A stretch of 64,000 nt of DNA from Minisyncoccota bacterium. GTDB lineage: Bacteria > Patescibacteriota > Minisyncoccia > UBA6257 > JAGOQP01. Of the stretch, positions 18,790 through 28,920 are shown piece by piece. The stretch covers positions 36,263-100,262 of the forward strand of contig JBAZTS010000002.1 in NCBI GenBank assembly GCA_041661795.1, in the 5' to 3' direction. The position numbers and the translations under genes are program-made. Numbering within the stretch: the stretch's first letter is position 1; every line of letters begins with the position of its first letter. Under the pieces are notes generated by a model. The model saw only the letters and a list, made by a program, of their open reading frames with translations, made no database searches and was not told the origin of the DNA.

Positions 18790-19374
18790 ATGATTTTGTT
18801 TTTAAACAAGTACAAAAAATTGACCATTATTTTGTTAATAATGGCTCTTGTTGCGTTCGTTTTTATTTTAATTATCGGATTTGGAATTTATCCTTTGGCT
18901 ATAGCTGATGGAAAAATAATCACATCTCGCCAATACTACAAAAGCTATAATTTGGCTTACAATTATTTTAGCTATTTTAATAATTTTTACGGAGTCAAAG
19001 ATTCTCCCGAATTTGAAAAAGAAATGAAATTAACAGTAATGCAAGGATTAATTGACGAAATTATTGTTGATAAAAAACTTGCGCAGGAATTTAAAAAATC
19101 TGAATTACAGCAAAAAGTGAATGAGAAAGTAAATCAGATGTATGAGGGTGAAAACTTCAAAAAGATATTATCTGAAATCACCAAAGTTTCCGAAGATGAT
19201 ATAAAGAATTATTTTATTGAAAATCAGGCAAAAAATGATATATTGGCCGGTAGGCTGGATTTAGAAGGAAAAAACGTTGTCTCTTGGTTAGTTGAAAAAA
19301 GAAAAGAGATTAAAATTTATCTGTTGGCTCCACATATGAAATGGGAGAAAGGAGAAATAGAATGGAAAGATTGA
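18790..19374 (+). CDS. Hypothetical membrane-anchored protein (SurA-N-like region, tentative)
   Basis: N-terminal TM; no firm family. Confidence 0.4.
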   Translation: MILFLNKYKKLTIILLIMALVAFVFILIIGFGIYPLAIADGKIITSRQYYKSYNLAYNYFSYFNNFYGVKDSPEFEKEMKLTVMQGLIDEIIVDKKLAQEFKKSELQQKVNEKVNQMYEGENFKKILSEITKVSEDDIKNYFIENQAKNDILAGRLDLEGKNVVSWLVEKRKEIKIYLLAPHMKWEKGEIEWKD

Positions 19375-19385
19375 TATATAATTTG

Positions 19386-19456
19386 AGCGGGATACGGGAA
19401 TCGAACCCGCGCTTCAACCTTGGGAAGGTCGTGTATTACCACTGTACTAATCCCGC
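19386..19456 (-). tRNA. tRNA-Gly (anticodon CCC)
   Basis: GCGGGAT acceptor, anticodon arm CGACC-TTCCCAA-GGTTG, T-arm GGGTTCGATTCCC, discriminator U; no encoded CCA. Confidence 0.85.
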
Positions 19457-19477
19457 ACTAAGCATCTAGATAAGTTT

Positions 19478-20668
19478 ATGAAATATCTTAGAAATGTCAA
19501 AATAGAAAAGATAAGAAACAAAACCTGCGTTTTAAGGTTGGGTTTGGATATAAAGGATGGTGAGTTAAAAAATTCGTTGAGAGTTATAAAATCTATCCCG
19601 ACACTCAAATTTCTATTAAAAAACGACTGCAAAGTAGTGATAATTTCACATCGAGGTAGACCTCAAGAGGGGAAAGAGGAAAGTGAAAAGAGGAAAGTGA
19701 AAAGAGAAGAAACTTTAAGATCATTTGTGGAGATTTTTGAAAAACTACTAAAAACAAAGATTAGTTTTGATGACTCTTTTGATTTTAAAAAGATGAGTGA
19801 AAAGATTAAAAAACTTCACTCAAAATCTATAGTTATTGTTGAAAATATAAGATTAGTAAAAGGAGAAAAGGATGATAACGATAAGCTAGGGAGAGAATTG
19901 GCTTCTTTGGGAAATTTTTATGTGAATGATGATTTTTCTACCAGTCACAGAAAAAACGCTTCTTTATGTGCGATAACAAAATTCACACCTTCTTATGTTG
20001 GCCTGCAGTTTGAAGAAGAAATAAAGAATTTAGACAAAGTTCTTAAAAATCAAAGGAAGCCAGTTGTTCTGATTGTAGGGGGAGTTAAATTGTCGGACAA
20101 AGTTGGCGTAATAAAAAATTTCTTAAACAAGGCAGATTATGTTTTGACCGGTGGGGGAGTTTCCAATACTTTCTTTGCTGCTAAAGAAATTCCAGTTGGT
20201 GATTCGTTAATTGATAAAGAAATGATGAAAATGGCAAAAACCTTACTTAAATCAAAAAAAATCATTTTACCCCAAGACGTTAGGATAAAAGGAAAATCTA
20301 TATTGGATATAGGGGATAAAACCATTGAAGAATATAAAAAAATAATAGAAAAAGCAGGGACTATTATTTGGGGTGGACCGTTAGGATATTTTGAGGACAA
20401 AAAATTTGCCAAAGGAACATTTGAAATAGCCAGAGCGATTTTAAAATCAAAAGCTTTTTGTGTTATTGGCGGCGGAGAAACTACAGTCGCCTTTCTTAAG
20501 GCAACTCGCGGACTTACACGGACTTCACGCAGAACTACGCGGAAAACAGTCAGCGTCAGTCAGCGTTCAGTCGGCGTTGGTCAGCGCTTGTTTCTGTCTA
20601 CTGGTGGAGGGGCAATGTTGGAATATCTAGCAGGTAAAAAATTACCGGCTTTGGAAGCGCTTAAATAA
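19478..20668 (+). CDS. pgk: Phosphoglycerate kinase with two in-frame low-complexity insertions
   Basis: VIISHRGRP, FSTSHR, GGGVSNTF, STGGGAMLEYLAGKKLPALEAL; insertions at 19670-19715 and 20511-20588. Confidence 0.9.
   Translation: MKYLRNVKIEKIRNKTCVLRLGLDIKDGELKNSLRVIKSIPTLKFLLKNDCKVVIISHRGRPQEGKEESEKRKVKREETLRSFVEIFEKLLKTKISFDDSFDFKKMSEKIKKLHSKSIVIVENIRLVKGEKDDNDKLGRELASLGNFYVNDDFSTSHRKNASLCAITKFTPSYVGLQFEEEIKNLDKVLKNQRKPVVLIVGGVKLSDKVGVIKNFLNKADYVLTGGGVSNTFFAAKEIPVGDSLIDKEMMKMAKTLLKSKKIILPQDVRIKGKSILDIGDKTIEEYKKIIEKAGTIIWGGPLGYFEDKKFAKGTFEIARAILKSKAFCVIGGGETTVAFLKATRGLTRTSRRTTRKTVSVSQRSVGVGQRLFLSTGGGAMLEYLAGKKLPALEALK
20511..20588 (+). repeat. In-frame GC-rich AGTCAGCG-octamer repeat insertion in pgk (encodes TRTSRRTTRKTVSVSQRSVGVGQR)
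   Basis: cagtcagcgtcagtcagcgttcagtcggcgttggtcagcg; same octamer family as lepA insertion arms. Confidence 0.55.
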
Positions 20669-20673
20669 TTATT

Positions 20674-21522
20674 ATGAAAGATATTGTTGTTTTATATCAT
20701 AAAGATTGCTGGGACGGATTTGGAGCTGCTTGGGCGGCTTGGAAAAAATTTGGCGATAAAGCTCAATATATCCCAGTTGGCTACGAAGAAAATCTACCCA
20801 AGGGTTTAATTAATAAGGAAATATATCTAGTTGATTTTTGCTATGAAGATAATTTAATGAAGAAGATTATTGGTAATAATAAAAAAGTTATAGTTATTGA
20901 CCATCATTTTAGTAGGGAGAAATTTATAAAAAGTGTTAAGGGTTGTATTTATGGAAGAAATAATTCTGGGTCAATTCTCTCTTGGAAATATTTTCATCCA
21001 AACAAAAAAGTTCCCATATTTTTGAAACACATAGAAGACATTGATCTATGGAGTTTTAAATTAAAAGATTCTTACGAAATTATGCTGGCGGTTGATTTAA
21101 AAACTCGCGATTTTAATAGTTGGAGTAAAATTGCCAAAGATTTAGAAGATAAAAAAACAAAAGGTAAATATATAAATGAGGGTAAGATAATTTTAAATTA
21201 TACCAATAGAATCGTAACTGATATTGCAAAAAAAGCTGTTCCTGTTTTGATTGACGGTAAAAAAGCCATGGCGGTTAATGGACCTCATTTTATACATTCA
21301 GAAATAGGAAATGTTTTACACAATAATGAATATCCAATCGGTCTGATTTGGCGAGCGGAAGGAAACAACATTTTTGTTTCTTTGAGGTCAAAAAAAGGAG
21401 GGAAAACAGATGTTTCTAAAATTGCCAAAAAATATGGTGGCGGGGGACATAAATCGGCATCGGGATTCGGGATAAAAAATGGGTTAGGTAAAAAACTTCC
21501 CTGGCGTATTATTAAGCAGTAG
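20674..21522 (+). CDS. DHH-family phosphoesterase with DHHA1 (NrnA-like)
   Basis: VIDHH DHH motif; C-terminal GGGGH DHHA1 motif. Confidence 0.75.
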   Translation: MKDIVVLYHKDCWDGFGAAWAAWKKFGDKAQYIPVGYEENLPKGLINKEIYLVDFCYEDNLMKKIIGNNKKVIVIDHHFSREKFIKSVKGCIYGRNNSGSILSWKYFHPNKKVPIFLKHIEDIDLWSFKLKDSYEIMLAVDLKTRDFNSWSKIAKDLEDKKTKGKYINEGKIILNYTNRIVTDIAKKAVPVLIDGKKAMAVNGPHFIHSEIGNVLHNNEYPIGLIWRAEGNNIFVSLRSKKGGKTDVSKIAKKYGGGGHKSASGFGIKNGLGKKLPWRIIKQ

Positions 21523-21600
21523 CTTGTATATAGTAGCTCGTATCTTGTATAAGAGAAGATTGTATGCCAACTACTAGCTACAAGATACTAGATACAATTT
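21523..21600. repeat. Intergenic repeat element, inverted copy of 2246-2320
   Basis: See 2246-2320. Confidence 0.45.
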
Positions 21601-21604
21601 TATT

Positions 21605-22030
21605 ATGAATAAAATTATCATTTATACTGATGGAGGTTCTCGGGGGAACCCCGGGCCTTCGGCTCTGGGGGTTTATTTTAAGGATTTAAACAAAAAATAC
21701 TCCCAACATCTTGGCAAAGTCACTAATAATGAAGCTGAGTATCAGGCCATTGTTTTTGCTTTAAAAAAATCCAAACAATTAATTGGGAAGAAAAAAAGCG
21801 ATAAATCTCATATTGAAATTAGGTCCGATAGCCAGCTCATAGTCAACCAGTTGAGCGGAGAGTTTAAGTTGAAAGAAAAAGGCCTATGGAAATATTTTAT
21901 AGAAATTTGGAATTTAAAGCAGGAATTTGAGAAGGTGGATTTTGTTTATATTCCACGGGAGGAAAATAAAGTGGCCGATAGATTAGTTAACGAAGAATTG
22001 GATAAAGCGGGTGCCTCTAAATTATTTTAA
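21605..22030 (+). CDS. rnhA: Ribonuclease HI
   Basis: IYTDGGSRGNPGPSALG; AEY.A...AL; DS.....QL; VKADRL pattern. Confidence 0.8.
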   Translation: MNKIIIYTDGGSRGNPGPSALGVYFKDLNKKYSQHLGKVTNNEAEYQAIVFALKKSKQLIGKKKSDKSHIEIRSDSQLIVNQLSGEFKLKEKGLWKYFIEIWNLKQEFEKVDFVYIPREENKVADRLVNEELDKAGASKLF

Positions 22031-22038
22031 TTTTAGCT

Positions 22039-22067
22039 TTGACTTTTTCGATGTTGAGTTGTATTAT
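22039..22067 (+). promoter_or_regulatory. Putative sigma70 promoter for rnpB (TTGACT-N17-TATTAT)
   Basis: Consensus-like hexamers positioned ~7 nt before the start of the P1 helix. Confidence 0.35.
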
Positions 22068-22073
22068 CTTAAA

Positions 22074-22428
22074 AGATAAGTGAGTGATTGCCCTGACATT
22101 TGTTGGGGAGGAAAGTCCGGACTCCCATCTCCGACGTAACGTCGGAGTAAACGTATTCGCTAACAGCGAACTATCGCAAGATAAGAGGTGCGAACAGAGA
22201 CGAGTCCTAATGGAAACATTAGGGGTGAAACGGTCCCGACGCCTATTTCGGGTTAGGGACTCCGACATCCGCAAGGATCGTCGGAGCTAAATCCTTGCGG
22301 GGTGCAAGACCGTATCCGCCCAGGGCGGGTGAGTCGCTTGAACCTGAGAGTAATTGAAGGTCCAGACAAATAATCACTATCCCGACGTAACGTCGGGACA
22401 CAGAATCCGGCTTATAGCTTATCTAAAC
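22074..22428 (+). ncRNA. rnpB: RNase P RNA (bacterial type A)
   Basis: GGAGGAAAGTCCGGACTCC (P4 5' strand), AGGGGTGAAACGGT, ACAGAATCCGGCTTATAG (P4 3' strand), P1 pairing agataag/cttatct; GC-rich versus surroundings. Confidence 0.85.
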
Positions 22429-22500
22429 ATATCAAGAATCTCTCCTTAACGGGGGGATTTTTGATTGATTTATTAAGGGTTTTTTGATACTTTTAACAAG

Positions 22501-23556
22501 TTGCTTATGTTTAAAAAATTTCAAGAAACTCTAAGTTTTGATGATGTTCTGCTGGTTCCGATTTATTCTGAAATTGTTTCCAGAAAAGAGGTTTTGTTAC
22601 AAACCAATCTTTCTTTAAAAAGAAAATTTATTTTAGATATTCCTATTTTTTCGGCTGCGATGGATACTGTTACCGAAAGTAAGATGGCAATTGCTTTAGG
22701 GAAAATGGGCGGGATAGGAATAATTCATCGTTTTATCACAACCGAAAAACAAGTAGTTGAAGTCAAAAAATCTAAATCCGCTGGTGTTAGAGTCGGAGCG
22801 GCGGTAGGAGTTAAAAATGGAGAAATGGAAAGAGCTAAGGCATTGGTCAACGCTGGAGTTGACCTTTTGGTTTTAGATATAGCTCATGGGCATTCCAAAT
22901 ATGGACTTGAAAAAACGAAATTGTTGAGAAAAATGTTTCCTAAAACTTTTATTATTGCCGGAACCGTGGCAACAGGAAAAGGATTTTTGGATTTAGCTAG
23001 AGCTGGAGCTGACGCTGTTAGAGTTGGAATTGGAGCCGGTTCCATATGTACTACTCGCATAGTTACCGGATTTGGAGTTCCTCAAATTTCGGCTATTTTG
23101 GATTGTCTTAGCGCTTCTAAAAAAACGGGAGTGGGTCTAATTTCTGATGGAGGAATAAAAAATTCCGGTGATATTGTTAAGGCCTTGGCAGCTGGGGCTT
23201 GTGCGATAATGACCGGAAATATTTTAGCTGGGACCGACGAAGCGCCCGGCAAGTTAATTACCTATCAGGGAAAGAAATTTAAAGTTTATAGAGGAATGGC
23301 TTCTTTACAAGCCAACCTTTCCAGGTTCGATAAAAAGAATAATAAAAATGAAATTATTGCCGAAGGAGTTTCGGGAGCAGTTCCTTATAAAGGAAGTGTT
23401 GTTGATGTTATTAAAAAAACGATCGGAGGCATCAGGTCGGGCCTAAGCTATGCTGGCGCCAAAGACATAAAAACTTTTCAGAAAAAAGCGTCCTTTATTA
23501 GAATTACTCCTTCTGGGTTTAGGGAAAGTAATTTTCATGATATATTTGTTAAATAG
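22501..23556 (+). CDS. IMP dehydrogenase/GMP reductase family protein lacking CBS pair
   Basis: [20 protein letters not shown] catalytic Cys loop, 351 aa. Confidence 0.8.
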   Translation: MLMFKKFQETLSFDDVLLVPIYSEIVSRKEVLLQTNLSLKRKFILDIPIFSAAMDTVTESKMAIALGKMGGIGIIHRFITTEKQVVEVKKSKSAGVRVGAAVGVKNGEMERAKALVNAGVDLLVLDIAHGHSKYGLEKTKLLRKMFPKTFIIAGTVATGKGFLDLARAGADAVRVGIGAGSICTTRIVTGFGVPQISAILDCLSASKKTGVGLISDGGIKNSGDIVKALAAGACAIMTGNILAGTDEAPGKLITYQGKKFKVYRGMASLQANLSRFDKKNNKNEIIAEGVSGAVPYKGSVVDVIKKTIGGIRSGLSYAGAKDIKTFQKKASFIRITPSGFRESNFHDIFVK

Positions 23557-23564
23557 TAAAAATT

Positions 23565-23975
23565 ATGAACAATAACAGTGATAAAAACAGTCCATTTTTT
23601 TCAGACATTTTTTGGAGGTATCTTACTCATATTTGGACAGTTGTTTTCATAATTTTAGTTGTCTGTGATTTTTTATACACCGGTAAATTTGAATATCTTC
23701 TTACTCCATTTTCCATTATCTATGGAGCGATTTTAAGCATTTTTGTTGGTACCAAGGAATTTGATAGATGGTATAACGTTTATAAATCAAAACAGCATCC
23801 TGGGGAATTATTTGTCATAGCTTGGAGCATTGTCGTTTTTGGCCTAGTTATCGCTTCTTGGGCTTTAGGGAAGAATTATCAAATTTCTTCCGATGTAATT
23901 TCCGTCTACATAATGGTACTGACAGTTTTTGCTATTACCCAAGGTTCAAAGAGGTTGCATCACAAAAGGAGGTAA
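23565..23975 (+). CDS. Hypothetical integral membrane protein
   Basis: 4 hydrophobic helices. Confidence 0.4.
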   Translation: MNNNSDKNSPFFSDIFWRYLTHIWTVVFIILVVCDFLYTGKFEYLLTPFSIIYGAILSIFVGTKEFDRWYNVYKSKQHPGELFVIAWSIVVFGLVIASWALGKNYQISSDVISVYIMVLTVFAITQGSKRLHHKRR

Positions 23976-23979
23976 ATTT

Positions 23980-25950
23980 ATGAGTATTTTAAAAAGAACA
24001 TTAATTTTTCTTTTTGGGGCGTTTATTCTTTTTTCTGTCGGAAATTTTGCCTATGCTCAAGGGGCTGATTCTTTAAAATATTACTATTACAAATTAATAG
24101 ACGTTTCTTTGTTTGTTAATTCCGACTCAAGCGTTAATGTAACGGAAAAACAAACGTTCAGTTATCAAGGGAATTTTCATAAAGGATGGAGAAGTATCAA
24201 CTTAGACGGGATTGGCGAAGTGAGTGACGTTTCTATTGTAGATGGAACTACTGGAAAGGCGCTAGAATATTCATATTCAAAACTCAGCCCCGAGGATTCA
24301 TCCAGCTGGGGGAAATTTACTCATTATAAATCTAGTGGAGACGAAGGAGTTTATCAAAATATTGAGTGGTACTATAATCTCTCCGATACTGACCACGATT
24401 GGATTATAAGATATAAAATTGCGGATTCAGTTTCTTTTTATGATAATTATGATCGTCTTTATTTGGATATTTTTTCTGACAGTGCTTATAACGTTCCGAT
24501 AGATCAGGTGGATGTCTCTGTTTATTTCCCCGGGCATACTTTGGACCAAAATTATCAGGCATTATATTACAGGTCTTTTGGCAAAAACGGAGATTTTACA
24601 CTAAATCAAAATAGTAATACTCTCGTGTCAAAGGCCTCCAATTTTTCTTCAAAGGAATTCTTAACTGTTGATGTTAAATTTCCAAAGGGGATTGTTGTTG
24701 AAATTTTTAGACCCAAGGCGTCTTTAGGAGATCTTTGGGGAATATTTGCGTCCATAGCTATCTCAATTATTTGTCTTATCATCGGATTTTTCTATTGGCT
24801 TTTTCAGGAGAAATTTAAAAAGGGCAAAGGAGTTATAATTCCGCAATATGAACCGCCAAAAGGCATTAAGCCGGCCATGGCCGAGTTTGTGATAAAAGAA
24901 TCGGTTGGACCCAAAGGAATATCTGCTACTATTGTGGATTTGATTGTCAGGAAATATATAGAGATTGAAGAAATGCCCGTAAAAAAATCAAAGATGCTTC
25001 TTCTCAAGATATTTGTGGGGATTATTCCTCTTGCTGTTTTAGCATCCTTTCTCGTATCTGTTTTGCTTTCTGACGCCGGAAGTGTTTTTTTTGGACTGTG
25101 GCCCTTCTTTGCCATTATAATTGTTATTTCTTTGGCTAAAATATTTTTCTCTTTTGGAAAGAATTTTTCTAAGACGCGTAAGTCATTTAAAATGATTTTA
25201 ATTAAGGACTATCAAAATGATCTACATTTAAACCATTATGAAAAGAAACTTCTTGATACGATTTTCTCTGAAAATAACAGTTTAATGTTTGGATGGGGTA
25301 TTCCTTTTTCAGAATCCGCAAAGTTTAGAAAAATGTATAGCGGAATTTTGGAATTTAAAAAAGAAGTTGGAGAAGAGTTGGAAAAAATAAGCGGAATATA
25401 CACGGCTTCTCCATCCAAGGAATACAGGTGGAAAGTCAGAGTTTTTCTTTCTTATATATTAGCTACCGGAATATTCATATTTGGTTCGTTCTTTTCTGTC
25501 TTTGTGGGCGGAGTGGAATATTCTCATCAGATGGTAATGTTTTGGGCTTATGGTTTTGCCGCCATTTATTCATTGCGTTCTTTTATAAAATACGAAACCC
25601 GGCTTTCTCACGAGGGGAATATTTTAAAAGAACATCTCTTGGGTTTTAAATATTTTTTGGAAACGGTTGAGGGAAGAAGAATACAGGATCTAACTCCGGA
25701 AATGTTCCAGACATTTTTTCCTTACGCGGTTGTTTTTGGAATAGAAAGCAAGTGGACTAATCATTTTTCATCTTTATTTATTCAAGACCAGCAACTTTCA
25801 GGCGGGTATATTAATCCGTCCATAGCGGTTGGACTTTCTTCGTCTTTGTCGTCTGCTTTTAATGTTGGCGCAACTGGAGGAGGAAGTGGTGGATTTGGAG
25901 GCGGAGGCGCAGGTGGTGGTGGAGGAGGCGGTGGCGGTGGAGCCAGTTAG
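23980..25950 (+). CDS. DUF2207-like membrane protein with Gly-rich C-terminal tail
   Basis: Signal peptide, large extracytoplasmic domain, multiple TMs, terminal GGGSGGFGGGGAGGGGGGGGGG; start taken at MSILKRT. Confidence 0.55.
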   Translation: MSILKRTLIFLFGAFILFSVGNFAYAQGADSLKYYYYKLIDVSLFVNSDSSVNVTEKQTFSYQGNFHKGWRSINLDGIGEVSDVSIVDGTTGKALEYSYSKLSPEDSSSWGKFTHYKSSGDEGVYQNIEWYYNLSDTDHDWIIRYKIADSVSFYDNYDRLYLDIFSDSAYNVPIDQVDVSVYFPGHTLDQNYQALYYRSFGKNGDFTLNQNSNTLVSKASNFSSKEFLTVDVKFPKGIVVEIFRPKASLGDLWGIFASIAISIICLIIGFFYWLFQEKFKKGKGVIIPQYEPPKGIKPAMAEFVIKESVGPKGISATIVDLIVRKYIEIEEMPVKKSKMLLLKIFVGIIPLAVLASFLVSVLLSDAGSVFFGLWPFFAIIIVISLAKIFFSFGKNFSKTRKSFKMILIKDYQNDLHLNHYEKKLLDTIFSENNSLMFGWGIPFSESAKFRKMYSGILEFKKEVGEELEKISGIYTASPSKEYRWKVRVFLSYILATGIFIFGSFFSVFVGGVEYSHQMVMFWAYGFAAIYSLRSFIKYETRLSHEGNILKEHLLGFKYFLETVEGRRIQDLTPEMFQTFFPYAVVFGIESKWTNHFSSLFIQDQQLSGGYINPSIAVGLSSSLSSAFNVGATGGGSGGFGGGGAGGGGGGGGGGAS

Positions 25951-25960
25951 TTTATTATAA

Positions 25961-26000
25961 AAAAATCCCGTCCCGACAATTCTATCGGGACGGATTTTTT
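25961..26000. terminator. Bidirectional terminator hairpin (aaaaaaatcccgtcccga...tcgggacggatttttt)
   Basis: Perfect stem flanked by A-run and T-run; convergent genes either side. Confidence 0.6.
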
Positions 26001-26002
26001 GA

Positions 26003-26257
26003 TTACATCTTTTCCTCTTCTTTTTTGTCTACTTTACACTCTGGGCAATCTTTGCAATCTTTCCAACTCTTACAGCTTTTACATCCGCACCATGAGCAAC
26101 CCCAACCACTTTTACACTTATGTTTGAAGCACAAACTAATTCCAACAACTATCAAAGCTATGGGCCAAATAAACCCCCAAACGCTTCCGGCCACTATTCC
26201 CAATGTTTCCAAAAGGAATACAGCTCCGATGATAACTAATATCAATCCTAAAACCAT
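26003..26257 (-). CDS. Small membrane protein with Cys-rich C-terminus
   Basis: 2 TM + CKSGWGCSWCGCKSCKSWKDCKDCPECK. Confidence 0.4.
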   Translation of the reverse strand: MVLGLILVIIGAVFLLETLGIVAGSVWGFIWPIALIVVGISLCFKHKCKSGWGCSWCGCKSCKSWKDCKDCPECKVDKKEEEKM

Positions 26258-26371
26258 ATTTTTATTTGCTATTACAAACCGCGACCTTTTCTGTTACAAT
26301 ACGTCTAATCTAATGTAGTGATTATACAGAGTCGTCTGTATAAATCAATTATCAATAATAAATAAACAAGT

Positions 26372-27334
26372 ATGAGAAAATTATCAGTATTATCATTAGT
26401 TTTAGCGGGTCTTTTGATGGGAACTTTGGCTTTTGCCCAAAATTCTACCGGTACCAATCCGGCTATTTGGGGCATAAAGCAGGATATAAAAGAAGAAAGG
26501 GAAGATTTTAATGACGATACAAATAAGTTGCGGGAGCAAAACAGGGAGGAAATTAAAAATACTCTCAAAAACTCTATTGAACAAAACAAGGAGTTAAAAG
26601 AACAGTTTAGAGAGAAATTTCTTAAAACTGCTACCGCTACAATTGAAGAGATAAAAGATCAAAGAGAGCAGATGACGAAAGTATTAAAGGATAATAGAGA
26701 AGACGCTAAACAGTTTATTGAAGAAAAGAGAGAAGCTCTTAAGGAAAGTTTTGAAAACAGAAGAGAGGCCTTTAAACAAATGGTTGAACAGAAGAGGGAA
26801 GAAATAAAAGATTTAATAGAGCAACGCCGAGAAGAGTTTAAAAATAAGCTTGAAGGATTTAAAGATGAAAAGAAAAAAGAAGTAGCCCAAAGAGTTGATG
26901 ATAATTTGGACAAAATAAACAAAAATCGTTCCGATCATTTTGCCTCAGTTGTTGATAGGTTGGAAAAGATTTTGGCTAACATTGAATCAAGAACTGACAG
27001 GGCTCAAAGTGCTGGTCTTGATGTGACTTTAGTTAGAACCGCAATTACTGAAGCAGAAAATGTTATAGCTTCTGCCCGAACAGCCATAGAAAAACAAGCG
27101 GGAAATACTTACGTAGTTACTTTAACTACCGAAAACAGCTTGGGTCAGGATTTGAAAACTGCCAGAGAGAAACTTTACAACGACTTAAAAGTTGTTAAAG
27201 AGGCGGTGGAAAAAGCTCGTGACGCTGTCCATAAATCAGCCACCACTCTTGGACAAGTTCAGGGAATAAATGATTTGGATGATGACGATGATGATGACGC
27301 AACTGCAACTTCAACAGCTACATCAACAAATTAA
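26372..27334 (+). CDS. Secreted coiled-coil protein (E/K/R-rich repeats, poly-Asp C-terminus)
   Basis: Signal peptide MRKLSVLSLVLAGLLMGTLAFA; repetitive REE..K.. heptads; DDDDDDDATATSTATSTN. Confidence 0.5.
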   Translation: MRKLSVLSLVLAGLLMGTLAFAQNSTGTNPAIWGIKQDIKEEREDFNDDTNKLREQNREEIKNTLKNSIEQNKELKEQFREKFLKTATATIEEIKDQREQMTKVLKDNREDAKQFIEEKREALKESFENRREAFKQMVEQKREEIKDLIEQRREEFKNKLEGFKDEKKKEVAQRVDDNLDKINKNRSDHFASVVDRLEKILANIESRTDRAQSAGLDVTLVRTAITEAENVIASARTAIEKQAGNTYVVTLTTENSLGQDLKTAREKLYNDLKVVKEAVEKARDAVHKSATTLGQVQGINDLDDDDDDDATATSTATSTN

Positions 27335-27357
27335 AATTAATCAACTCAAATAAAAAT

Positions 27358-27654
27358 ATGGAACAGATGCAAAATCAAACTCCTAATATGGAAAATATGT
27401 CATCGGGAGAAAAATCAAAGTCATGGGTTTATGTAGTTGTTGCTGTAATTGCGATTCTTGTTTTTTGCTGGTTTTTCTTTGGAGAAAGGATAAAGACCTA
27501 TGACTTTAACAACCAATCACTTCTTCCTTCGGAACAGAGTCAGAACACCTCTCCTGATTCTTTAACTTCTATAAATGGTGATTTACAGAGTATTGATTTG
27601 GGAGATTTGAACGTAGAATTTCAGGCGGTGGATAAGGATATAAATTCGTTGTAA
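27358..27654 (+). CDS. Small single-pass membrane protein
   Basis: 98 aa with one TM. Confidence 0.35.
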   Translation: MEQMQNQTPNMENMSSGEKSKSWVYVVVAVIAILVFCWFFFGERIKTYDFNNQSLLPSEQSQNTSPDSLTSINGDLQSIDLGDLNVEFQAVDKDINSL

Positions 27655-27781
27655 TTGGTAGAGGAAAGAGATAAGAGAAAAGGGAAAAGTAATAAGTAAT
27701 AAGCAACAAAACAAGACGCTCTAAACGGGTGTTTTGTTGATATTTATCGGGTTTTGATGTAAATTTTGAAAGGTAACTAAT

Positions 27782-27852
27782 TGGGAGATCGTCTAATGGT
27801 AGGACAGCGGCCTTTGAAGCCGTGAATCGGGGTTCGAATCCCTGTCTCCCAG
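27782..27852 (+). tRNA. tRNA-Gln (anticodon TTG)
   Basis: U1-A72 acceptor pair, anticodon loop CTTTGAA, T-arm GGGTTCGAATCCC, discriminator G. Confidence 0.85.
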
Positions 27853-27856
27853 CAAT

Positions 27857-28315
27857 ATGAACATTGTAGATAAGGCCGAATTGTTTGCTAAAGAAAGATA
27901 TTTAGCAAACGACCCAATTCATCAGTGGAGACATATTCAGAATGTAATGGAAAGGGCTCTTTTGATTGCTCAGAATTTTGATGACATTGATTATGAAACT
28001 CTTAAGTTAGCAGTAATTTTTCATGATATAGATTATCGGTCATATGATACACATGTTGATGCAAGCGCAAAAGTTGCAGAGAAATTTCTAAGTGAGAATA
28101 ATTATCCTAGGGAAAGAATTAATAGGGTGAAGGAAGTTATATTTGATCATTCAACGCCACATCGCGAAAAACAAGGAGAAGCGGAGTCTTTAGAAGGAAA
28201 GATAATTTATGATGCGGATAAATCTATATTTATCACTGACAAAAAAACGTACGATAAATATTATCCAAAATTATATTTAAAAGAAACCAAAAATTTGGTT
28301 GTTATCTATAAATAA
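27857..28315 (+). CDS. HD-domain phosphohydrolase
   Basis: H..RH...V...A..IA ... AVIFHDIDY ... DADK. Confidence 0.7.
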   Translation: MNIVDKAELFAKERYLANDPIHQWRHIQNVMERALLIAQNFDDIDYETLKLAVIFHDIDYRSYDTHVDASAKVAEKFLSENNYPRERINRVKEVIFDHSTPHREKQGEAESLEGKIIYDADKSIFITDKKTYDKYYPKLYLKETKNLVVIYK

Positions 28316-28414
28316 ATTATTAACCAAGACGCGTCGGGGTTTTTGTTGGAATGTATTTAAAAAAGCTTTATAATACTTACGTATTCTAGTCCTAAACTGG
28401 AATACACCGTAATT

Positions 28415-28918
28415 ATGACAAATAAAATATCACATGATAGTGAAACTTTAGCTGATGGACAGCAGGTTATAACTGCTTGTGCTTTTATCCATCAAAAATT
28501 TAATGGAATTGAAAAAGTTTTTTTACCAAAAAGAGCAACGACAAAAAAGTTTTTGCCGGATGTATATGAACTGCCTGGTGGTCACATTAACTACAGAGAA
28601 GATATTGTTGACGGTCTTAAGCGTGAAATAATGGAGGAATTTAATATGAAAGTAAGAGTTGGTGATCCATTTGCTGTCTTTACATATAATAACGACATCA
28701 AAAAATCTCATTCTATTGAAGTTATTTATTTTGCTGAGTTTTCCGATCCAATAGAAAATATCAAGATTCATCCGGAGGACCATTCTTGTTTTGATTGGGT
28801 TGGAGAGAACGAATTGGATAAAGTTTATACAGAGAATAAGAAATCCGATGACCCGGAAATGCAATCTATACAAAAAGGATTTAAAATTCTAAACGGAGAA
28901 TCGCCAGCGTTTAATTAA
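28415..28918 (+). CDS. NUDIX hydrolase
   Basis: Nudix box LPGGHINYREDIVDGLKREIMEEFNMKV. Confidence 0.7.
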   Translation: MTNKISHDSETLADGQQVITACAFIHQKFNGIEKVFLPKRATTKKFLPDVYELPGGHINYREDIVDGLKREIMEEFNMKVRVGDPFAVFTYNNDIKKSHSIEVIYFAEFSDPIENIKIHPEDHSCFDWVGENELDKVYTENKKSDDPEMQSIQKGFKILNGESPAFN

Positions 28919-28920
28919 AT

